DNA of 64,000 nucleotides from Neoechinorhynchus agilis (taxonomy: Eukaryota > Animalia > Acanthocephala), in the NCBI GenBank assembly GCA_051530055.1, contig CM121341.1, positions 806,001 through 870,000 on the forward strand, given 5' to 3'. How positions within the stretch are numbered: the stretch's first letter is position 1; the number at the start of each line of letters is the position of its first letter. The position numbers and the translations under genes are program-made. The notes under the pieces were generated by a model that was not told the origin of the DNA, did not search any database, and saw nothing but the letters and a program-made list of their open reading frames with translations. Shown piece by piece: positions 1 to 12,496 of the stretch.

Positions 1-173
1 AATGTTTGCATACGCTGGAAAAATGCGAGATCAATGTAATTTTTGGAACGAGATAGGAACGATTAGAAGTTGTGTCGAAATTTATGGGCTGAATTATGTA
101 TGCCGTAGCTTACCCTACCAGCAGGTTGAAACAGAAAGAGAATCCGCCGTTTCCACAATCGAACAGTTGTCAA

Positions 174-1276
174 CTAAACATAAATCGATTCTGGACAGAA
201 TGTTTCCTCCGAAATAGAATGTCCTTTTTTTGGAAGATGGATAACTCTAGCAGTTTTGAGGCATGAGGTGTAGATGCCATATAAAAAGCTGTGATTTATA
301 ATGTGGGTAAGAGGGTAGATGAGTTCGGGGATGATGTAGCGAAGAGCCCAGTTTGGGATTTCGCAGCTGTAATACTTCATATGATGAAACTAATGGGAGT
401 ATTGGCGAGTTGACAAAAGTTTCAGGTGTGGACGTGATAGATTGTGTGGTGTCTGATGTGGACCAGTGACTGTAAATTGAGTCAAGGTAGAGGTTCTGAT
501 TAATGGAATCCAAAATCTGCTTTAATGCAGCGTAGGTCAAATTAGGGAAGGGATCCGCGTTGCGTAGACCAAGGGAGTAATTGACGGCCCGCCACCATGT
601 TGAATTGCCACCCGAATGGATTTTAGAGGAAAGAAAGTTTTTGCGGGCGATAAGTATTTTGTTAGTTAGTGCTTTTTGTAAACGGGTAAGGTCTGGAGAG
701 TTATTGCGATGGGCCTTAGAAGCTTGCCTTGTAAGAAGTTTCAAATGGGGGTTATCCATGGTGAATCCGAGTTAAAGATCCCAATGAATTTCTTGGGAAT
801 AGTCGAAGTTAGGGAGCGAATATTAGAGTTGAACAATTTTATAAAAATTTTGATGTAATGATCACGTTTATCCCAGACGGTTAAACGGGTAGATTTATAC
901 GCTGAGGTGGGGTGGAGGGTGTGCAAAGAGCAGAAGAGTGGTCAGAGTTGGCGGGGGGAGGAAGTTTAGAGGCGGATGAGTAGGCGTCGATATTTATGAA
1001 CACCTTTTCGAAGTGAGCGTCAAGACGAGTTGGGAAATCAATAAGTTGACGCAACTCGGAGAAGGACAGAAGCGGAAATAGATTATTGAAGTCTCCTGCA
1101 CGATGGACGCCAACAATGGTGAATTCTCTAATGCCGTTTTTCAGAGGAGCTATGAAATGGACTGCGATGAATTCTAGATCGGAGTTTTGTAGAGATCCTA
1201 TGAGAGATAAAAAGTATGGTAGCGATTGCCGTACGTAAATTGAGACCCCCTCCTGGACGATCCTCCCGGTATGCAT
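174..1276 (-). mobile_element. Degenerate APE-type non-LTR retrotransposon (L2/CR1/Jockey-like) ORF2: endonuclease, linker and start of RT
   Basis: ORF 881..1276 has APE motifs (GVSIYVR, TIVGVHR.GDFN, SDH). ORF 174..380 has RT-start motifs (PLTHIINHSF..G.Y..CLKTARVI.LPKKG). Broken by frameshifts. Confidence 0.85.
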
Positions 1277-1998
1277 GGTAGGATGGCCATTTCTGCGAAA
1301 ATGACTACGGCAGCTTTTGAGGTAGATAAAATGAGTGAAATTTCATCTAGTTTAGGAAGGAGGCCACGAGTAATCTAGTAGATTATGGTTTGGAAGGAAA
1401 TTTTGAAAATGGGGAAGAAAATTTGGAGCTGGGAGGAAAATTCTGGGAGTGGTATCCGAAGCACGATCATGCTTTTCAAGAAGTACGAGAATCTTTAACG
1501 ACGACCCGAGTTCTAATAACATTTCACATGGGCAAACCGACGCAGCTATGGTATGATGCAAACGAGAAAGGTCGTGGAGCCGTATTGATGCAAGTTAAGC
1601 ACGATGGAAATCCGTAACCGGTCGCTTACGATTCAAGGACTCTTAAAGGACCAAATAAAAACTATTCACAAGTCGAAAAAGAAGGACTGGATATCATTTT
1701 CGCCGTACGAAGATTTCATCAATACTTGGTTGGACGGAAATTTCAGCTATGCAGAGACTATAAACAACTGAAGTATATTTGCGGAGTTAACCGGTTGGCT
1801 AAGATGACGAACCAACGTTTAATCCGTTGGGGTATCGAAATATCCCTCGTAGACATGAATTGCGGTTAGAGGACGGAGTAATCCTGGTGTTGCAGCGTCT
1901 GTTGGTCCCTCAATCATTGAAAAATAAAACACTTGATGTCTTGCATACAGAACACCCAGGAATATCGGCGACGGGGGATCTGGCGATATACTAGTGCT

Positions 1999-2192
1999 GG
2001 TGGCCTGAGGTGGTCAGGTAAACTACTGCTCCAGATTCCAGTTAAGGGTCAGCGGGTTGGAATCCATTACCGCCAGTGACGCACATCAAAGGGGACGAAA
2101 TACTGCTGAAGGGAGGAAACTCACTGATAAGTCTCGCCTCCTGGAGGTATCTGAGAATTCGGAGGGATGTACAAAATTATAACTGAACGGTC
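1999..2192 (+). mobile_element. tRNA-derived SINE, copy A
   Basis: A-box-like GGTGGCCTGAGGTGGTC and B-box-like GGTTGGAATCC, followed by a body ending CGGAGRGATGTACAAA shared with five other copies in the window. Confidence 0.65.
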
Positions 2193-2447
2193 ATGGGCAC
2201 TGAGCGCAGACCAGCGCCTCCCAGACCGAAATTGCTGGACTGTGTGTCCATTCGGCCGTGTAGGGAAAAATATCTATCAAAACGAAATACCGTCCGGTGT
2301 AGGAGAGTACAACCAAGAATCCAACCAAGACGACAATACTCGTGGTGTGGCAAGAATCGGACACAGCAAGAGCGAGCTCACCAATCACGCCACCAAGACG
2401 AGGGGCCGTACCAGAGATATAACTCCCCCCCCCCAAAAAAGAGGATA

Positions 2448-2551
2448 TGATGCTCGGGCGCCCGTGAGGGCTACATAAATGACCACGGTGTGTGTGAAGA
2501 GTCAGTTCTTAAAACCCCCCCAATAAAAACAGTTATGCCGGACAGATTACA
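2448..2551 (+). repeat. Putative short (~104 bp) 3' LTR
   Basis: Purine tract AAAAAAGAGGA directly before TG; internal TACATAAA and AATAAA; ends in CA. A similar GAGGGCTAYATAAATGAYCACGG segment recurs near 11387-11410. Confidence 0.5.
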
Positions 2552-3089
2552 AAATAGCCTTGTGAAATACCATTTTATTTCCAACCGCTTAAACCCCACT
2601 TCACATCACCATGCGCCTTGGTAGATTCCTGAAGAAGCTGAAAGATCGAAAATAAAGACTTTCTTTGCCCGTCATCTAACAGAAATATTCATTTTTACAT
2701 AAAATTTAATAATTATGTACTAAATTAACATTGCGAAATAGAGAAAAAATTCATCAATTAAAAAATGTTGCCCTTAAAGAAGAACAGCATTGTTTCCATT
2801 AAAAATTATATTTAAAAAACTTAAGTGATATTTGACGATTTCCTTTGGCCGAGTAAAATGCCTCTTGTTTGGGACCGGACGCATCTTTAGAAATGCATTG
2901 AGAGAAAACTACGTCGTTTGTCGTTTTTCACTGACGCGTAAAGTTGTGAAGGGAAAAGAGATGATAAAAGGATTCATTTAATAGTTTACTAATAATTGTA
3001 CGATTGAAAGCTTCTTAATAAGCCGCAGCCAACCATAATGCATCGAATTTTCATTCATTTTTGTCCAGAATTCCGCCGAAACAATCGTT

Positions 3090-3740
3090 ATTAAGCGTAA
3101 TATTTTAAACATAAATATCCTATCTCGATATTTTTATCTTAATTGAAGTTTAGCTTATTAAGGCGCCGTTTCGTCTTCATAATTTTTTCCACCAAATATA
3201 TGATCTCCACCACGATCATGCACAAAAAGTCTTTATTTTTAGAACTTAGAACGATAAAATCCATAGTTAAATGACTGAAAAGCGTAATATTTTAAACATT
3301 AATGTCCAATCGGGATATTTTTGTTTTAAATTAAGTTTAGTTTATGAAGGCGTCGTTTTTCCTTAATAGTTTTATTTGTCTACCAAATATATCCTCTCCA
3401 CCACGACCATGCACAAAAGTCGTTTATTTTTAGAACTTAGAACGATAAAATCCATAGTTATAAGAAAAATCCATAGTAAAGACTGAAAAGCGTAATATTT
3501 TAAACATTAATGTCCAATCGGGATATTTTTGTTTTAAATTAAGTTCAGTTTATGAAGACGTCGTTTTTCCTTAAAAGTTTTATTTGTCCACCAAATATAT
3601 CCTCTCCACCACGATAATGCACAAAAGTCGTTTATTTTTGGAACTGAGGACAATAAAAAGTATAGTTCTAAGGCTGGAAAGCGTATTATTTTATACATAA
3701 ATATCCTATCTCGATAATTTTATATTAAATGAAGTTTTAT
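3090..3740 (+). repeat. Satellite array 1, about 3.5 units of a ~190-bp monomer
   Basis: Anchor GCGTA(A/T)TATTTT at about 3095, 3282, 3490 and 3681; same monomer as 12590-13935. Confidence 0.95.
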
Positions 3741-4153
3741 TTTGCTTTCATTTTTTCATGTGTGTGTCCAGATATTTTCATAATAACGACGAATGTCTTG
3801 TCTCATTTTTTGGTTTAACTGTCGATTACTAATTCCTCATGAAATCCATAATTTTCCACGGCTTTCAAACTTTCTTTCTATATGACTAATCTAAACCCAG
3901 GTATTCATCATAGACAAAATTCTGATTCAGATCATCGACACACCTTTACAAGGGGATGACAGTTCCCTTAAAAAAAGGTGATCTCATTCGTTAAGCAAAA
4001 AAAGTGTTAAGCCCTTGTATAGATGAGTGCTTTTCCAACGCAAATGCACAGCAAAAACTTCTTAAAGGATGCATCATTCTTCATTAATGTGAATCACCAA
4101 ATGGTATAAAAACGGCAAACGCTTAAACTCAAGTAAATTTTTCAAATCTTAAG

Positions 4154-6263
4154 ATGGAGAACCCAATGGAAACCAGACGTAAAAAGTCTTCGGCAATGTT
4201 TGTATCTCCAAAAAGTCTTATTTTCACTGCAATCAATCACCTTGCAGAGTCACTCCGGTGTTAATTACAATCATTGGATTGATATCACTCGCTCTGGTAG
4301 TAATCATAGCGGGTGTCGGTATTGGATTGGCATTTAGAAATCGGGGAAATAGTACTAACAATGGATTCGTAGCTCCGACACTTTTCGGTTCGTATTTTTT
4401 TATTTGGTGATGTTTTACGAAAAAGTGCAGAAACGAGAGGAGATGCAGTTCTTAATGCGAGGATACTTTCAGGAGATGCAAGAGTGGGGGACACTATTAA
4501 TAGAAGGATCCTGCAAGACGACGTTAGTCTTTTTCTTGTAATCAACGAAAATGTTAATTTTTAGATTAACGCGAGATTAATAAGAGGTTTACGCCAATTG
4601 GGAAGATTTCCGTTTTTTCTACGTGTGTTAGAAGTACAACCAATTCAAAGTATAAGCGGTAGAATGTTGAAGTTTGTATTCGGTAGTTTAAAACTCAATA
4701 ACCTTATCATATTCTTTTCAGCGTCACCATGAACTTTATAGTCTATTTTCAAAGAAGATGTTCGGATAATTGCACAATAGGGCGACAAACGCTTTTAGCG
4801 AATGCCTTTAAAAATCTGACCATCAATATTGGCACGGGTATTGTTGTAGTGGAGAATGCAACCGTTAATCTCGGTGCTGGTAAGTTACTCGAATGTAGAA
4901 TGAAGTTATGTATTATCGAGCTAAACAGAAACCGAATCAAGCGCTGGAACTTTGGCAAATATCACTGCGGAGAGAAATCAGCTACCACTGTCAACAAGTC
5001 TTCTACCGTTGGGTAAGTCGTTGACTGTTTAATGTTCAGGAAAGTCATCTAAAAATAGTGGCTGACTGGAAACAGGCTACAATAACGCTGGGTAACAATG
5101 CCGGTACTTTAACTCCGGCGGTGGTGGGAAACCAAGTGAATCAAATCATTCACGATGTAAGTTATTTTTAAAAAGTTTAATGGAAATTCAAAATTCGACG
5201 AATAGCTTAATGCTTATGTGAGTGGTGAGACAATTTCCAATCAATCTGTAATCTTCATAAACTTTATCGGCACTGCGCCGACAATCAATGCAGCTGGTAC
5301 AACATTAACAATCAAATTAAGAACCCTTCACCATCGTGGATGTTTGAATTGCAATTCAACATTGCTTGCTGCCTTAAGACACCTACTCTCAATTTTAAGG
5401 ATCTCGTGTTATAGAGAGTCGATGTCATACGAACTTCGCTGAATGGACGGTTCGCATCTCAATTCGTTGCACGGCCCAGCCCAGGCCGCTGCGAATTATC
5501 AACCCAGACCTCTAACGAACGTTGCGGGCATGAATTTTGTCTTAGAAAACAGTAAGATTAGGTGTTGAGACCAAACAAGAATCCGCGTTGGTTTTTAGCT
5601 ACGGAATTGACGGTACAGGAAGCTCAAACCATGCTAGAAGCAAAATCGTTATTAGTACGAACACGTAATGAAAAAATGTTTCGTTCAATACATTAATGTT
5701 GATTTAGAAATACCATTGACGTTGACAATAACTTGCAGAAATGCTGAAAATAACAATAATAAGGAATGTCCAAGGGTCGACGCCCGTCCCAGCACAAGCG
5801 GATGTCCAAAATAGAGTAAGCATTTATTTTAATTCAACATCATCACGAAATTAATCAACTTAACAGATTATACAGATTTTAAGAGGAATGAATAAAACTA
5901 ACACTCAAAACGAACCTTACGCAGTCGGAAACGTCGCATATAAGACACCAGATCCTGCAGCGTAAGGGAACCGGGAAAAAGACTTTACCCATTGTGATTT
6001 TAGACTAACGACGACAATCACAATGAACCTCTATTATAATACTTCTCTCACTTCGTTTAAGGAAAGACAAGATGCATTACAGGCAGTTTTTAAAAATCAA
6101 CTCATAAGGATTACTAAGTTAAATGCAGTAATGGGGAATACTCCAGTAGGCGGTAGCCCAGGTAATTTTTACTATTATAGCACAATTCTTCAAACGTTAA
6201 AAAATTATAGGCAGTGGACTCTATGTAACGCCAGCGGCATGGAACGCTCTGACTCCACTTTAA
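4154..6263 (+). CDS. Multi-exon type II membrane protein: N-terminal TM helix and beta-rich ectodomain with at least two SEA-like repeats
   Basis: Spliced by eye: MENPMETRRKKSSAIVTPVLITIIGLISLALVVIIAGVGIGLAFRNRG...; repeated modules VTMNFIVYF...RQTLLANAFKNLTI and ITMNLYYN...RQDALQAVFKNQLI; short GT-AG introns; last exon GSGLYVTPAAWNALTPL* ends at 6263. Internal exon boundaries are not all resolved. Confidence 0.6.
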
Positions 6264-6676
6264 GTCTTCACAAGGGGATGAGAGTTTGAAGTTATTGTGA
6301 GTGAATAAATTACCATTCGTTTGAAGACTTTGAAGGCTATCATAAAGATCGATATCGATCAAATTAGTCGATGCCTAACAATAAGCCTAAGTGATCCTTT
6401 ACTATTTCATCTAACTCTATAAGCGATTTAAAAAATCAATAATTTCAATCGTATTGAAAATGTAGATAGCGAATCGTGCATTTTTCAACAATTTAAAAAT
6501 CGGAGAAAAAACGAATCGCAAAAACCGACATTTTTAGTTTTCGAACTCAAGGGTAAAAAAGCGTTTTATGCAATATTCTTGCTGTTAATTTTCGTCAACT
6601 AATCGCAGTAGAATGCTCGAGCGTAATAATCTAGACCTTAATTTTCGCACCGGTTTATTTCATAACGCATGCAAAT

Positions 6677-7070
6677 TCAACAAAAGTGTTCATTTCCACC
6701 ACTGCTTTTACTAAAGGCAATCGCACTTCTCATGGACTCTTCTCCTACCAAAAGCTGCATCAGTCTATCAAGTCCAAAAGCAATTCCGCCTTGAGGGGGC
6801 GTAGCGTAATCCAAAGCGCGTTGTAGATGATAGAATTTCGATGAATTTATATTCAAGTATTTTGTAAAAATATGTCGTTGTATATTGGCATCGTGAATTC
6901 GCATAGATCCAGAAGCGAATTCGACGCCGCTTAATACGAGATCGAACGCATAAGACCGAATTTCAAGGGATCTTTGCGATCAAGATTTTCAGGAAGCGTG
7001 AAAGGATGATGTGCTGATCTTAATGCTCCATTTCCCGACCGTTCGAATAGCGGCATAATCGGTGCATTTG
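6677..7070 (-). pseudogene. DARS2: Frameshifted C-terminal fragment of mitochondrial/bacterial-type aspartyl-tRNA synthetase
   Basis: PLFE..SAHHPFT, frameshift, then LEIRSYAFDLVLSGVEFASGSMRIHDANIQ...ALDYATPPQGGIAFGLDRLMQLL...AIAFSKS. At least two frameshifts; no N-terminal part found. Confidence 0.85.
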
Positions 7071-7101
7071 GATAAAAAGACATTTAGAAGGGAAAAACTC
7101 T

Positions 7102-7719
7102 TTATGTCGAAGAAATGTTCAATCTCGAAACATTTTTAATGTGCCAGAAAAACTGGAATACTACTAGAATGCAGCAATTAGACGACACGATAAATGTACG
7201 TACACGAACTAGAATATCAGCAGACATAAGCCAACCTCTTCTAATATCAACAATTTTGTCACTGGTTGTCAACGAGTACAGAGAACGCAACGCCGTTTTA
7301 GAACCAGCTCCCGATGCCGGGAAGTTATGGTTCATGAGGAGATTAGCCCATACCACTACGCAGTATGAATCCGAATCTGGTACAGTCAATCGCTTCCCGC
7401 AGTCGACACACAACTCATCGATTACGGTGAAGTAAGCAGCTCGTAAACCGAAAAAGGTGGTAAACCCAGCTTGTTTGGCGATCGTCCATATTTTAGATGA
7501 AGAGCCGTCCGTTATTGAGCACCTTTGCCCAGCCATGGATGCGAAAAATGCAAGGACACGGATATAAATGTAATCATTTATAGGGGCACCTCCGTCAGGG
7601 AGAGGACCATAGGTAATACCACCTTCCAAAATAGTCAGTGAGTTATATCCGATACTCGCTTCAAACACCCGTGAGTGAAGACGTGTGAGCAGCTGAACTA
7701 TTGTCTTAACTAGGCGCAA
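7102..7719 (-). CDS. 205-aa ORF of unknown function
   Basis: Long ORF for this AT content with no recognisable motif. Begins at a non-ATG codon in the ORF track. Confidence 0.25.
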   Translation of the reverse strand: MRLVKTIVQLLTRLHSRVFEASIGYNSLTILEGGITYGPLPDGGAPINDYIYIRVLAFFASMAGQRCSITDGSSSKIWTIAKQAGFTTFFGLRAAYFTVIDELCVDCGKRLTVPDSDSYCVVVWANLLMNHNFPASGAGSKTALRSLYSLTTSDKIVDIRRGWLMSADILVRVRTFIVSSNCCILVVFQFFWHIKNVSRLNISST

Positions 7720-7924
7720 AGGATGTGCAGACGCCCTATTAAGGTGGGATTATTGTAGGATGAATGGAACGAGTTAATTTCCGAGCAATAAAAAACCCTT
7801 TTAATATCTAGCTCGGCACCTCAAAAATCGTCTAATCCACACTCACTCACTTCAGACCAACGCCTCTTCCATTGCACGAAGTCGGCCGAGGAACATTTAC
7901 ACTTTTGAATCCAGCAGAAATGAG

Positions 7925-8100
7925 GATTTTTTAAAGCTCATTGCGATGGATTGGGTTTTAAATAGCTCTCATCATCAGCGCGAGCTAGTCTCTTTTTACA
8001 CTTTGTACAATTCGAGGCGCGGAGAGAGCCAACCGCCCCAAAGTACAAGCCCTCAACGAAGCACTCCCTGCTCCAGAGATCCTTAAACAATCCTCCGGTG
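7925..8100 (-). mobile_element. Possible C-terminal RLE remnant of an R2/NeSL-like element
   Basis: Translates to ECFVEGLYFGAVGSL, resembling the V..LVFGARG end of RLE domains. Confidence 0.3.
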
Positions 8101-8299
8101 GACAAAAATCTCAACATCTTTTCTTTTTATAGTTATCCCCACCAGGATTTAAATGCATAGATTTATTGCCGAAATTTCCCGTCGGATAATTCCGACATTA
8201 TCAATTGTTTATCATCTAAAATACTAACACACAAGTGTTATCCTGTAGACTAGTTATTATCATGCGACATGATTTAGAAAACCAAGTTTCTGGACTCTT

Positions 8300-9060
8300 T
8301 GTTCACTGTAACCTCTGAAAAAGAGCACCACTGTTTCCTCATTGGTAATTTCAAGCTGATGCTCGCCTCGTTGCCTTCCATAGGTTGAACTGAACAGCCT
8401 ATTTCGGTGGCTTCCAATATTAATCGAGTTCGATTAGCTATCGCTCAGGAAGCATCTTGACGCCTACATGCATATCTGTGCTCTGCGATCCTTTTGCTGA
8501 GTCCTTGTTTTGTCTGTCCCACATATTTAGCTGGACAGTCTTTGCAGCGGACATCGTATACAAATTCATGTTGCTCATATTTTGGCTTATTTTTAAGGAT
8601 GACTGCGAGGTTGCCATCCTTTGTATTGTACAGAATGATTGTTTTGTCCAAGTTTCGCAAATCTTGATTAAAAAGTATGGATTGAAGTTTGTTATTCACA
8701 AATTTAATTCCTATATATTTAGGTTTTTTTAAACAATAAGTTTTACAATAATAAAGCACAAAACGTGCAATCACCACCGTCCGCAAAATCTTAGCTTCTC
8801 TCCTTCCTCGACTGTCGCTATCACACTAGCAGCAATCATATTACTACGTTTGAAATTCTGTATAGTGTTTCGCGAAGCTAATAAAATCAGTTAACTCGTC
8901 CTTCAACGAGCCTACAGCGTGGAATTTAAAGATTTCGTCCAAAATGTGATCTATGGTTGAAGTAGACAGCCACGCAGTAATTTTAGATTCCCAAGGAATA
9001 AACTTTTTTCTTTGGAAGGCGTGCCACCATCTAGAGGAGAAAGGTGTAAGGTTTCCCATG
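8300..9060 (-). mobile_element. Penelope-like element 3' part (RT thumb and GIY-YIG), with a CRE tail inserted at about 8785-8835
   Basis: VYDVRCKDCPAKYVGQTKQGLSKRIAEH (GIY-YIG); RKKFIPWES thumb-like motif. Confidence 0.8.
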
Positions 9061-9099
9061 CGAGCATCGTCGTTCTGTTGCTGCTGGCGGCATCGAGCT

Positions 9100-10920
9100 G
9101 CCCAGAATTGCTTGGAAAGGACACTGGCGAGGGCTCCGTCATCGGAACGCTTAGCGAGGAAAAGTTGACGTCCAAGGAAGCGTAGAGAGCGACTCTCGTA
9201 GGGACGATTAAACACCCTCACCGTACGTTGGAGAAAAAGGTTCGTTACGGTGTTCAGGGCGGAATTGATTAAAGGTAGCGCGTACGATGGATCGATGTGA
9301 TAAGTAAATCCTGCTAGGAAGCGTTTACTGACTAGACGGAAAAAGGCAACGTTAAGTGGCGAAAAATGGTATGATTTGCGCAGCTCATCGTTGAGACCAG
9401 AGGACTATATTAATATATCGTAACCCGAGAGGTCAAACGAAGAGACTTGACGATCGTTCTGGATCGAAAAATTGAGATATCGTCTATAGATGACCCGGTC
9501 GAGGAAGGAATGTTGATTGGACGATAGATTGTGGAAGGCAGGTGTTTCAGGTATAGCGAGGGCGAAGAAAGACCACTGAATTTGCGATAGCTTTAGTCCA
9601 CTTCAATGACGGGTCTCCATTTAACTCGGTCCTTAATACAAGGCCGATGGATAAAATATGGTCGTGTGTACAAATTGATAAAAGTAATATATTTACAATT
9701 AATTAGTATTTTAAAAAGCGAATAAGACATTTCCGATGAAGTGAAGGAAGATATGAGTACTGGATCGAGGGAGGCTTTAAAAATGGAAGCAAGATCTTTA
9801 GACGCGACATTAGCAGATGGTGTCACGAAGGCTACATATTCCGCTGAATCAACCTGATCCGTAGATGAGAACACAGAGAATCTAAATTGCAGATACTTTT
9901 CGTTTTCTGAATTAGGACTATAGACACTCCGGATAGAAAACGCGCGAGCTTCCTGAGATTAGTCGCCCCACCACAGTTACATTGAAACACCCGAAGATTT
10001 CCCACCAATACCTGAGAGGAGCCATCAGTGTTTCCTGGCTGAGGCATTCTTGATTAGATCCACTGTGCCTTTGTTGATCAAATTCGTTTGGGTGGCGATG
10101 ATAGCGGAGACAAACTCGTTGTCCGATTCCTCGACTTCCATGCGATAGTCATCGTTGTCCTCCGCCGCTACATCGTTAAGCTTCTTCATTTTCGTGTATC
10201 TCATGTCTTCCTTTGTGGGTCTTTTAGAAGAATAGGTTTTTTGGATTGGGGCACCTGAAGCAAGAAGGTCAGGAAGCTTGAATATATTGTCAAAGAGCTT
10301 GCAAATCTTGCTCTCGAAGGTTGCGATCGATTCAGAGAAACGAGCTTGTATGATAGCCAAAAGTTTGTTACATGTCTCATCCATCAACATTTACTGCTTG
10401 TGATGAGGTAGGGGGCTCTTATGAAACCTGTCCAGAGAATCAACAGTGGCAGGTTGCTAAGTTCGTTGAACGTGCGTAATCCTTTAAACCTGACTCTTTT
10501 GGAACCACGTCCAGTTTTTCTTGAAGTGTGAACACCCGCGGTAAAAAACAGAGTGCTTTCCGCTACAATTGGAACAATATTTGTTGTTGCCTTTGTTGGG
10601 CATTTATCCGCCGAGTGATCGGTTTATGCGCAATCGGTGCATTTGGTGCTCTTTGGATTTGGGCATTTAAATTCCAATTCGGAAATATGAATTCGTCTTG
10701 TGCACGGCCGGATATGCAAGTGAATCCTATTTCAAAACAGTTGAAGGCACCATATTGCCTATCGCAGAGCTCGTCCCGAACCTGTCGCGATCCTTCCACT
10801 AAGGCAATTGAAATCGGAAGTCCAGTTTTTCGGGATTCAAGAAGAAGTTGCTGAACGCCACTAGCCAAAAATTGGACCTTTTGAGACGATTTAGATATTT
10901 GAAAGATTTTGTTGGACAAG
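9100..10920 (-). mobile_element. 5' part of a decayed APE-type LINE (ORF1-like region and APE endonuclease)
   Basis: LRVFQCNCGG...IVLIQKTK (APE N-terminus), FINLYTRP, ETPAFHN...SFLDRVIY. Upstream charged ORFs 10025..10390 and 10563..10919 are ORF1-like. Confidence 0.6.
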
Positions 10921-11494
10921 TGAGACTGCGAAATATTCCAATTTCTTAAGCCACTTCTGATCTGTTAGATAAATCCCTAATGTTCCACCGGAATAGGTTA
11001 CTCTATCCATGCACTTTATTCGGTCGTTTTATAATGATCGAATTCAAGGACTTAGAGATTGAGAATATATCACATCCTTTGGGATGATCGGATATGAAGT
11101 AATCGTTAATATATGTGGTCACCTTTTTAAGGGAAGAACCAAGTATTCCTCCGCGGTCGAGATTGATGATGATACTGAGCCTGGGAGCAGTTGCTCTCCA
11201 ACAACAGTGGAGGATAATGGGGTGGGAAGAGAATAGGGTGACCGTTTGCCACCCTCCACCACAACAGCTTGTTGCACAAACATTGAACGATTATGGTCTT
11301 TGTTGTCAATAGTCTTGATAATGAACTATATGATTCGCACCAAATATCGATTCGCGCGCGTTGCACCACATATCGATCGGCGTCCATGAGGGCTATATAA
11401 ATGATCACGGTGGCGACAAGGTATTGCGAACCGTTCTAAAGCAGAAGCAGCAACTATTGTAGCAGTTGCTAACGCGGGACGATCCTAGTCAAAT

Positions 11495-12489
11495 TTGACC
11501 AAGTTAAGAGCTATACAATTCTGGTGTCGATATGTAGACGACACCTTTATCATATTGGACCAAGACAGATGGACAGCTGTCCAACTTCAACAGGAACTAA
11601 ATGACAAAGATTCCCATATTCAATGGACATGCGAAAAAGAAGATTGTGGTTTTTTACCATTTCTCGATGTACAAGTCAAAAGAAACTATGATAACACTTT
11701 CTCAACATCGGTCTATATCAAACAGGGTGTCCCGCATCGAATAGTACCTTGGATCTCAGCTCAACCACACAAATATAAATTATCGAGATTCCGATCACTA
11801 GTCATCAGAGCATACCGATATAGCTCGAACTTGAATTGCCTCAATAACGAACTCGATAGATTATGGAATATATTTAAAAGTGGTGGCTATCCAAAGAAAT
11901 TAATGTTAAGAACATTGAAAGATACCCAACAAATGATCGGAAGGGAACCTACAAAAAAATCGGGATATCGGATCTTCAACGAATGCAGACACACGATATA
12001 TAGAAATTCCTTACATAAATGATAGGTGGAATTCCAATATAGAAACATTGATCAAACAACTCGATATGAAGAAGGAATGCATTATGTATTCCAAAAGGGG
12101 ACAAACACTATATAGTTTGTTACAACCTAAAAGAGTGGACAATATAAACGAGTGCGTCTATAGGATCCCCTGCATGGACTGTGATCAATCGTATGTAGGA
12201 CAAACGAACAATATAAAGAGACGGCTCAACGAACATCGCAGAACTGTGTCCAGAAAAATGGATACAAGCTCTGCGATTGTACACAAACTACGTGATTGAA
12301 AATGATCATCGGATCAATTTTGATGCCACTGAGATTCTAGCAAAATGTGACAACCGTAGAGACAGAACAACGATGGAGGCCATTTTAATACAAACAACGC
12401 GTACATTTACGCACAATAAAGCGGATTACAAACTCCACCTGCGCCTTCCACCTGATATACGCCTTAAAGGACAAATGGTTGTAAAGTGA
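11495..12489 (+). mobile_element. Penelope-like element: RT C-terminal half and GIY-YIG endonuclease, frameshifted
   Basis: WCRYVDDTFII, IQWTCEKE..GFLPFLDV, FSTSVYIK; VYRIPCMDCDQSYVGQTNNIKRRLNEH; HRINFDATEILA...MEAILI. Confidence 0.95.
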
Positions 12490-12496
12490 CGTGTTT

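Larger units (their letters stand above)
1340..2551 (+). mobile_element. Ty3/Gypsy LTR retrotransposon remnant (RNase H, integrase Zn-finger, 3' end), interrupted by a SINE
   Basis: WEWYPKHDHAFQEVRESL..DA..KGRGAVLMQ, *PVAYDSRTLK....NYSQVEKEGL.IIFAVRRFHQYLVGRKF (RNase H); LHTEHPGI (integrase HH). Contains stops and frameshifts. Confidence 0.85.

Noticed and set aside
2631-2670. CTGAAGAAGCTGAAAGATCGAAA
   Set aside because: Stem II is weak and stems I and III cannot be formed.
9500-9660. Apparent Penelope RT motifs joined to the GIY-YIG at 8445
   Set aside because: Flanking motifs fit an APE endonuclease better. ORF 8844..9221 is a juxtaposition of LINE and PLE fragments with no RT between them, so it is not evidence for an APE plus GIY-YIG element.
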